Virus record (IMG/VR): IMGVR_UViG_2657245439_000011
Span: 1-12,712 of that record
Source: a virus
Taxonomy: Duplodnaviria; Heunggongvirae; Uroviricota; Caudoviricetes
Direction: 5' to 3' (one strand)
DNA length: 12,712 nucleotides
Position 1 is the stretch's first letter. Each line of letters begins with the position of its first letter. The notes beneath the pieces are model-generated. The model worked only from the letters and a program-made list of their open reading frames with translations, searched no databases and was not told the origin of the DNA. Below are positions 7,481 through 12,712 of the stretch, piece by piece. Both the position numbers and the translations under genes were made by a program.

Positions 7481-10296
7481 GTGAGTTTGCATGGAGCTGG
7501 AATGAACCACGACCAGCCATTGATCCGGCCAGATTTACGGAGCACAGGCAGGAAACTGAAACCGACCTGCAACGCGCCATCCGTTACTACCTTGAGGCAG
7601 ACAAAAAGGCCCTGGAAGAACAGGAAGCGAAGGAGGAAGCCTTTTTCGCACAATCCACCGTGGGTAAAAAACTCATGGCATCCCTTGAGGAAGCCGGACA
7701 GCGTGAAAAGCTGGCACAAAGCATCATCAGCAAGCGTCAGGCAACAGAACAAGACCCGGTGGCCCGTGCTTTTGCCACACTGAAAGTGCTTCCCGTTTAT
7801 CTGCGTGAACCTCTGAGCCGCCACCTCTCTTTCCTGCGCAAAAAACAGGAATCCGATCGTCAGAAAGGCAAAAAGAGCTGGCAGGCTGAACGCTACGCGC
7901 GCGGAAACCTGCGCAAAATATTCGAACGCCTGGAACGCACCGATCACCGCTGGCTGACACCGGGTTATCGCTCCCTTACCGGACGCGAACGCCTGGACGA
8001 TTTGCTTTACCTGCCGCAGCTCAACAAACACCAGATACAGACGCTGGCCACCATGACGGCGGCGATGTTCAGCAGCACCTTCGAAAAACTCTGCGATAGC
8101 TTTGGCGCGACTGATGGCGAGCTGACCATGGATGTAACGCTGAAGGCGTATCAGATGCTGGCCCGCATGGCGTTACACCTGCACGCCATGCCTCCACATT
8201 ATGACGCACTGACAACAGACAAAGACCGGAGGAACGAACCGGACACGGAGCTGCTGCCGGGCGCAATCCTTCGCCTGACCTGTGCGGAATGGTGGAAACG
8301 CAAACTGTGGCTGTTACGTTGCGAGTGGCGGGAAGAACAACTCCGCGCCGCCTGTCTGGTTTCCAGAAAAACATCGCCCTATCTGAGTCAGGACGCATTA
8401 AGCGAGTTTCGCGCGCAGCGCGAGAAAACACGCGATTTCCTGAAAAGTTTCATGCTGGAAAACGAAGACGGGTTCACGATTGATCTCGAGACAGTGTATT
8501 ACGCGGGAGTAAGTAACCCGGTTCACCGTAAGGCAGAAATGATGGCCACCATGAAGGGGCTGGAACTTCTGGCCGAAGCCCGTGGCGACAGAGCGGTGTT
8601 TCTGACTGTCACCTGCCCGTCAAAATACCACGCCACAACAGAGAACGGTCATCCGAATCCCAAATGGAACGGGGCCACCATGCGCGACTCCAGCGATTAC
8701 CTGGTTAACACGTTTTTTGCGGCAGTCCGCAAAAAACTGAACCGCGACGGTCTGCGCTGGTATGGCATCCGCACGGTGGAGCCTCACCATGACGGCACCG
8801 TGCACTGGCATATGATGGTCTTTGCTCATCCGGAAGAAATCGACAGCATCGTGGCCATCACCCGCGATATTGCCATTCAGGAAGACCGCCACGAGCTGGG
8901 CAATGATATTACTCCGCGCTTTAAGGTGGAGTATGTCGACGGCTCAAAAGGCACACCAACCAGCTATATCGCGACCTACATCGGAAAAAACCTGGACAGC
9001 CGCGCCGTGGATGGCATCGACCCGAAAACGGGCAAGCCACGCGTTGACCACGAAACCGGAAAATCAATGGCCGAGAGCGTGGAACGCGCCATCGGCTGGG
9101 CGCGCCTTCACCGGGTTCGCCAGTTCCAGTTCTTTGGTATCCCCTCCCGTCAGGTGTGGCGTGAACTGCGCCGCCTTGCCAGCCAGATGGCACGCAACCC
9201 GGAAGGCCCGCAACGGCTGAAGGATGACGCAATGGATGCGGTACTCGCTGCCGCTGATGCCGGATGTTTTGCCACCTACATTGAAAAACAGGGTGGCGTG
9301 CTTGTTCCACGCAAGGACTACCTGATTCGCACCGCCTACGACCTCGCAGATGAGCTGAACGATTACGGCGAACAGAGCGTACAGATTTACGGGATCTGGT
9401 CACCACTCATCGGGGAATCCTCCCGTGTGTGCACGCATCCGGATAACTGGAAGCTGGTAAGACGTAAACCAGAACCGGAAGACAACGCCCACGAAAATGG
9501 TTTTGACCTTCAGGGCGGCCCTGCCGCCTCTTGGACTCGTGGCAATAACTGTCCCCGTGTACAGGAAACGGACAACAACGGGACAGAACAGCCGGAAGAA
9601 CGGCCAGCACCGTGGCCGCAGCTCCCTGACGGCGTTGAAGTGAACGAATGGGTGCGCTCACTGAAACGGCACGAACGCCGGGCGCTGATGCGTTCGCTTC
9701 GTGACAAACAGGCAAAAAACAGCAGTGATGAAATGCAGAGCTGGACACAGAGCCGCAAACAGCAGCGGCCTTTGCCTGATAACCACGAATTACTCGCTAA
9801 AGAATGGCGGGAGTCTGCTGAATCTCTCGGCCTGCATATCGGTGAACAGCAGATGCAGCACCTGTTACGGGGCGGCAGCCTGTACGTTGACGGCAGCATC
9901 ATTGCACCGCAGGGATATGAAATTGTACGTAAACCGGATACCCGCCCGGACAGCCGAATCACGCAGCTCTGGCAACGCCTGAGCCGTAACCACGGCGTAA
10001 GCAGCACGGAGATCCGCCATAACCCGGTCGCCAGCTATCTGGAACAACTAGGGGCATCAGACCCTGAAGCCGCCGCACGCCTGGCATCCACACTTCAGCA
10101 AGACCAGAACACCATGAAAACACCCGTTACCGTACTTTCTGACATGCTGCGCGCCATCCGCGACGCAGAGCACGAACAGAGAATCAGTGAAACAACTGAA
10201 CGCGCCCGCCGCAAAGCAGACCTGCTGCGGGGTGGCCTGACCAGTGGAAACAAAAAACAGACAAAAACGGGATTTAAAAATCCTGTAACCGATTAA
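7477..10296 (+). CDS. Rolling-circle replication initiator (HUH endonuclease, phage P2 gene A / phiX174 gene A superfamily)
   Basis: HUH motif in GTVHWHMMVF; catalytic tyrosine pair in YIATYIGK (Y-x-x-x-Y-x-x-K). Start taken as ATG 7477 (ATGA overlap with the upstream stop) rather than the track's GTG 7450; 939 aa. Long low-complexity, charged C-terminal region after the catalytic core. Confidence 0.9.
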   Translation: MSEFAWSWNEPRPAIDPARFTEHRQETETDLQRAIRYYLEADKKALEEQEAKEEAFFAQSTVGKKLMASLEEAGQREKLAQSIISKRQATEQDPVARAFATLKVLPVYLREPLSRHLSFLRKKQESDRQKGKKSWQAERYARGNLRKIFERLERTDHRWLTPGYRSLTGRERLDDLLYLPQLNKHQIQTLATMTAAMFSSTFEKLCDSFGATDGELTMDVTLKAYQMLARMALHLHAMPPHYDALTTDKDRRNEPDTELLPGAILRLTCAEWWKRKLWLLRCEWREEQLRAACLVSRKTSPYLSQDALSEFRAQREKTRDFLKSFMLENEDGFTIDLETVYYAGVSNPVHRKAEMMATMKGLELLAEARGDRAVFLTVTCPSKYHATTENGHPNPKWNGATMRDSSDYLVNTFFAAVRKKLNRDGLRWYGIRTVEPHHDGTVHWHMMVFAHPEEIDSIVAITRDIAIQEDRHELGNDITPRFKVEYVDGSKGTPTSYIATYIGKNLDSRAVDGIDPKTGKPRVDHETGKSMAESVERAIGWARLHRVRQFQFFGIPSRQVWRELRRLASQMARNPEGPQRLKDDAMDAVLAAADAGCFATYIEKQGGVLVPRKDYLIRTAYDLADELNDYGEQSVQIYGIWSPLIGESSRVCTHPDNWKLVRRKPEPEDNAHENGFDLQGGPAASWTRGNNCPRVQETDNNGTEQPEERPAPWPQLPDGVEVNEWVRSLKRHERRALMRSLRDKQAKNSSDEMQSWTQSRKQQRPLPDNHELLAKEWRESAESLGLHIGEQQMQHLLRGGSLYVDGSIIAPQGYEIVRKPDTRPDSRITQLWQRLSRNHGVSSTEIRHNPVASYLEQLGASDPEAAARLASTLQQDQNTMKTPVTVLSDMLRAIRDAEHEQRISETTERARRKADLLRGGLTSGNKKQTKTGFKNPVTD

Positions 10297-10320
10297 TTAA
10301 TCAACATAAGGAAAAGCGAC

Positions 10321-11280
10321 ATGAAAATTTGTATCGACGACGGCTCCACCAACATCAAGCTGGCATGGACTGAGAACGGCGAACACCGCAACGCCATCAG
10401 CCCGAACAGCTTCAAGTCGGAATGGTCTGCGCCGTTCGGTGGCACGCAGCCCGCGAACTACATGCTTGATGGCGTGCGCTATGGTTTTGATCCGGTCAGC
10501 GATCGCTTTGTCCAGACGACCGACACGCAATACCAGTACAGCGATGTGAATGTCATTGCCATTCATCATGCGCTGGTCAAATCAGGCATCACGCCACAGG
10601 AGGTGGATGTGGTTGTCACCCTGCCACTGAGCGAGTATTTCGACACAAACGCACAGCCGGACATGGCCAACATCAACCGCAAAAAAGCGAACGTTATGCG
10701 CCCGGTGGAGTACCAAAACGGCGAGGCATTCACTATCCGTAACGTGCGGGTTATGCCTGAATCCATTCCGGCTGGCTTTAAAGCACTGGCTGACATGAGT
10801 CCGTTTGAATCCCTGCTGATTGTGGATTTGGGCGGAACCACGCTGGATGTGGCAAAGGTTCAGGGGCAACTGGCAGGTATCAGCCAGGTGTTTTGCGATC
10901 CACACGTAGGCGTTTCTCTGATGGCCGATGCCGTGCTGTCGGTGATGGCCACCAACGGTATGCGCACCAGTCACCACATCGCCAATACCATTATCGAACA
11001 TCGCCACGATGAAGCCTGGCTGCGCCAGCACATCCACAATGACGCGCATTACGCCAGCCTGATGGCAGTTATTCGTGAAAAGGAGGAAACACTGAAACAA
11101 CGCGTGATCCGCGCGCTGGCGGTTTTTTCGGGTTACGGGCGGGTGATGGTTGTCGGTGGAGGGGCGGAGATTGTGGCACCCGCTATCCGCGAAGCCTGCG
11201 GAGTTAATGCGACTTTCATCGCGGACGGGGTGCCACAGTTTGCTCTGGTTAATGGGCTGTACGCAATGGACAAGGAGTAA
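10321..11280 (+). CDS. parM: Actin-like segregation ATPase, ParM/StbA family
   Basis: 319 aa. N-terminus MKICIDDGSTNIKLAW (R1 ParM recalled as MLVFIDDGSTNIKLQW). Phosphate-2 motif IVDLGGTTLDV and adenosine motif VMVVGGGAEI. Similarity appears to run the full length. SD AAGGAA upstream. Confidence 0.9.
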   Translation: MKICIDDGSTNIKLAWTENGEHRNAISPNSFKSEWSAPFGGTQPANYMLDGVRYGFDPVSDRFVQTTDTQYQYSDVNVIAIHHALVKSGITPQEVDVVVTLPLSEYFDTNAQPDMANINRKKANVMRPVEYQNGEAFTIRNVRVMPESIPAGFKALADMSPFESLLIVDLGGTTLDVAKVQGQLAGISQVFCDPHVGVSLMADAVLSVMATNGMRTSHHIANTIIEHRHDEAWLRQHIHNDAHYASLMAVIREKEETLKQRVIRALAVFSGYGRVMVVGGGAEIVAPAIREACGVNATFIADGVPQFALVNGLYAMDKE

Positions 11281-11284
11281 ACCA

Positions 11285-11596
11285 ATGACGACTCCAACCA
11301 GACGGATAAGTTTCTATCTGAAGCCCACCGCCGTCAAGAACGAAGGAGAAGCATGCGCCTGGCTGGACAGCCTTACACCAGAAGCCCGCAAAAGCGGCCA
11401 ACGCGTGGCTTTTCTGGCCGGGCTGGCACTTCTGAAAATGAATCCGGCAGAGGCTTACCGACTGGCTGCATGGGCTGATGATGAGGTGTTATCAGTGACA
11501 CAAACCAAGACAGAACGCCCCGCGTCACAGCCAGTATCAACCGCACAGATAACCAGTCAGATGGCCGGAAATATCCGGGCGTTATTTCCTGAATAA
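11285..11596 (+). CDS. parR: ParR/StbB-like centromere-binding adaptor
   Basis: 103 aa from ATG 11285 (GGAG 10 nt upstream), directly after parM. Resembles R1 ParR as recalled: ISFYLKP vs IAFKLNP, LDSLTPEARKSGQRVAFLAGLAL vs LDSIPQGERSRLNRAALTAGLAL, C-terminal NIRALFPE vs ILRSLFPKE. Confidence 0.75.
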   Translation: MTTPTRRISFYLKPTAVKNEGEACAWLDSLTPEARKSGQRVAFLAGLALLKMNPAEAYRLAAWADDEVLSVTQTKTERPASQPVSTAQITSQMAGNIRALFPE

Positions 11597-11599
11597 CAT

Positions 11600-11670
11600 C
11601 AGGGCGTATTCGCCCTGCCACCAATCCCATAACATAAAGAACGGGGTGCAAATCACTATACACCCCGTTC
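11600..11670. other. Two GC-rich hairpins immediately downstream of parR
   Basis: Hairpin 1: CAGGGCG-tatt-CGCCCTG (11600-11617). Hairpin 2: GAACGGGGTG-12 nt loop-CACCCCGTTC (11639-11670). Neither is followed by a clear plus-strand U-tract; hairpin 2 has a modest T-rich tail on the minus strand. Confidence 0.45.
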
Positions 11671-11881
11671 CAATACAAACCATCAGAAGATCTACACATC
11701 TTTCTCAAATGGCCAAGTAATCGAGCTGGTTCAGGAATAAGCATGCTGCCAACACAAGTGAAGGAGATAAAACTGTAGAACTGATCAATCGTTGGAAACA
11801 AGTATTGACAGTATGTTCGAGTAACCCAACTGGATAGATTTTATGCTGATTATCCATACAGTAAAAAAGTAAGGATACTCT

Positions 11882-11910
11882 TTGAATTACGCCAGAAAGA
11901 GTGGTAACAT
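11882..11910 (+). promoter_or_regulatory. Candidate sigma70-type promoter for the downstream AAA ATPase gene
   Basis: TTGAAT (11882-11887), 17-nt spacer, TAACAT (11905-11910); about 65 nt upstream of ATG 11975. Hexamer match only. Confidence 0.3.
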
Positions 11911-11974
11911 TAGTCAATGATTTTCATTAATGTAGTTACCAGCTTACACAAGCTGATGTTTTATTGGGGGTTTT

Positions 11975-12712
11975 ATGGTAAACGTGAGGGAGGATGAACT
12001 TTTCAAACTCATCGAGCAAGGCATCAAAGGCAACGCAAATGCATTTACACTCCTATGCAGAAAGATGATTAACAACATCCGTAAAAATGATGAGGCTTTA
12101 GCTTCTAAGCTGGCTTCGTTAGTTGCTGAGGGAACAGTATTACGTGGGGCATCTAGTAAGGCTCCTATGCCTGTGGATGGAGACTCCAGACGAAACCTTT
12201 TGCAGGAAACATCTGTCAACGCAATTGTTGAAGAACCTGTATGGAATACGGATATCTCAAAGAAGCTGGAGTCAATTGTTAACGAAAGAGAGAATGCGGT
12301 TTCTTTGTTCAAAGCTGGTCTTGAACCTGTGAAGACGGTTTTACTTTCTGGCCCGCCAGGCGTAGGCAAAACAATGTCCGCACATTGGCTTGCTGCAAAG
12401 TTAAATTTACCTCTTTTAACATTGGATCTCTCATCTGTAATGAGTTCTCTTTTGGGAAAAACAGGTAATAATATTAAATCCGTTATGGATTATGCCAAAG
12501 AGAAACCATGTGTCCTTTTGCTTGATGAATTTGATGCTGTTGCAAAAAGACGTGATGATGACAGGGACGTTGGAGAATTAAAACGTTTAGTTACTGTACT
12601 CCTACAGACCATAGATGAGTGGCCAGCGACCTCGCTTCTTGTTGCTGCGACTAATCACCCTGATATCTTAGATCCGGCTGTTTGGCGTCGATTTGAGCAC
12701 ATCCTTAAATTT
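11975..12712 (+). CDS. Classical AAA ATPase, 3' end truncated by the window (first 246 codons seen)
   Basis: Absent from the ORF track because it has no stop inside the window. In-frame stop at 11954-11956, first ATG at 11975 with a GGGGG run 4 nt upstream. Walker A GPPGVGKT, Walker B VLLLDEFD, sensor-1 AATN, second-region-of-homology HPDILDPAVWRRF (arginine finger). About 120-aa N-terminal domain of unknown type. Gene and upstream spacer are visibly more AT-rich than the rep/parMR block. Confidence 0.8.
   Translation, partial: MVNVREDELFKLIEQGIKGNANAFTLLCRKMINNIRKNDEALASKLASLVAEGTVLRGASSKAPMPVDGDSRRNLLQETSVNAIVEEPVWNTDISKKLESIVNERENAVSLFKAGLEPVKTVLLSGPPGVGKTMSAHWLAAKLNLPLLTLDLSSVMSSLLGKTGNNIKSVMDYAKEKPCVLLLDEFDAVAKRRDDDRDVGELKRLVTVLLQTIDEWPATSLLVAATNHPDILDPAVWRRFEHILKF

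Larger units (their letters stand above)
3254..12712. mobile_element. Left (int-proximal) portion of an integrated P2/186-family temperate element; right boundary beyond the window
   Basis: Contiguous block with P2-type integrase, C-like repressor, divergent early operon and gene A-type rolling-circle initiator, in P2 order (int<-C | cox-like->...->A). Interrupts the ihfA-btuC adjacency known from E. coli K-12. The left boundary is only bracketed to 3254-3358; no att core was identified. Confidence 0.8.

Noticed and set aside
7330-10047. Multiple long minus-strand ORFs (7330..8031, 8069..8431, 8620..8892, 8921..9406, 9407..9748, 9510..10007, 9865..10047) and plus-strand alternate-frame ORFs (7481..7783, 8289..8483, 8822..9220, 9701..9982)
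   Set aside because: They lie antisense to, or out of frame within, the 939-aa replication initiator, which has conserved catalytic motifs. Open alternate frames are expected in GC-rich coding sequence. Their products are Arg/Cys/Ser-rich low-complexity, unlike real proteins.
10297-11801. Minus-strand ORFs 10297..10569, 10566..10841, 10582..11100 and 11373..11801
   Set aside because: Antisense to the well-supported parM and parR homologues; no RBS context; composition typical of a shadow frame.
11705-11917. 70-aa minus-strand ORF in the spacer, ending about 35 nt before hairpin 2
   Set aside because: Starts at TTG with no Shine-Dalgarno; the first ATG (Met21) also lacks an RBS; product has no protein-like features. 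Kept in mind only because a hairpin with a T-rich minus-strand tail follows its stop.
11944-12369. 141-aa minus-strand ORF and 69-aa plus-strand ORF (12123..12332) overlapping the AAA ATPase gene
   Set aside because: The ATPase frame carries consecutive canonical Walker A, Walker B, sensor-1 and arginine-finger motifs, so that frame is the real one; the others are shadow ORFs.
1-12712. CRISPR array, tRNA/tmRNA gene at the integration site, IS element or retron
   Set aside because: No regularly spaced direct repeats, no cloverleaf-capable sequence next to int, no transposase-like ORF or terminal inverted repeats, and no reverse transcriptase ORF were seen. Integration here appears to be intergenic rather than into a tRNA.

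Overview
The window joins a conserved E. coli-type chromosomal segment to the left end of an integrated P2/186-family temperate element that runs off the window end. Host part (1-3169, all minus strand): nlpC, btuD, btuE, btuC, in the known K-12 order. In K-12 the next gene upstream of btuC is ihfA; here that position is occupied by the element (about 3254 onward). Element part: an AT-rich gene of unknown function next to the junction, a P2-type tyrosine integrase, a P2 C-like XRE repressor, and a divergent plus-strand early operon of eight small ORFs (one a 37-aa hydrophobic peptide missing from the ORF track). The operon continues into a 939-aa rolling-circle HUH replication initiator (P2 gene A type) and a ParM/ParR-like actin-type partition pair. 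After a hairpin-rich AT-rich spacer, a compositionally distinct gene for a classical AAA ATPase begins at 11975 and is truncated by the window end. This last gene sits where P2 carries its tin/old exclusion genes, so it is the best candidate for the start of an undescribed cargo (possibly anti-phage) system, but its partners lie outside the window. No tRNA, rRNA, CRISPR array or IS element was recognised. All homology statements come from reading motifs and from recalled family sequences, not from database searches.
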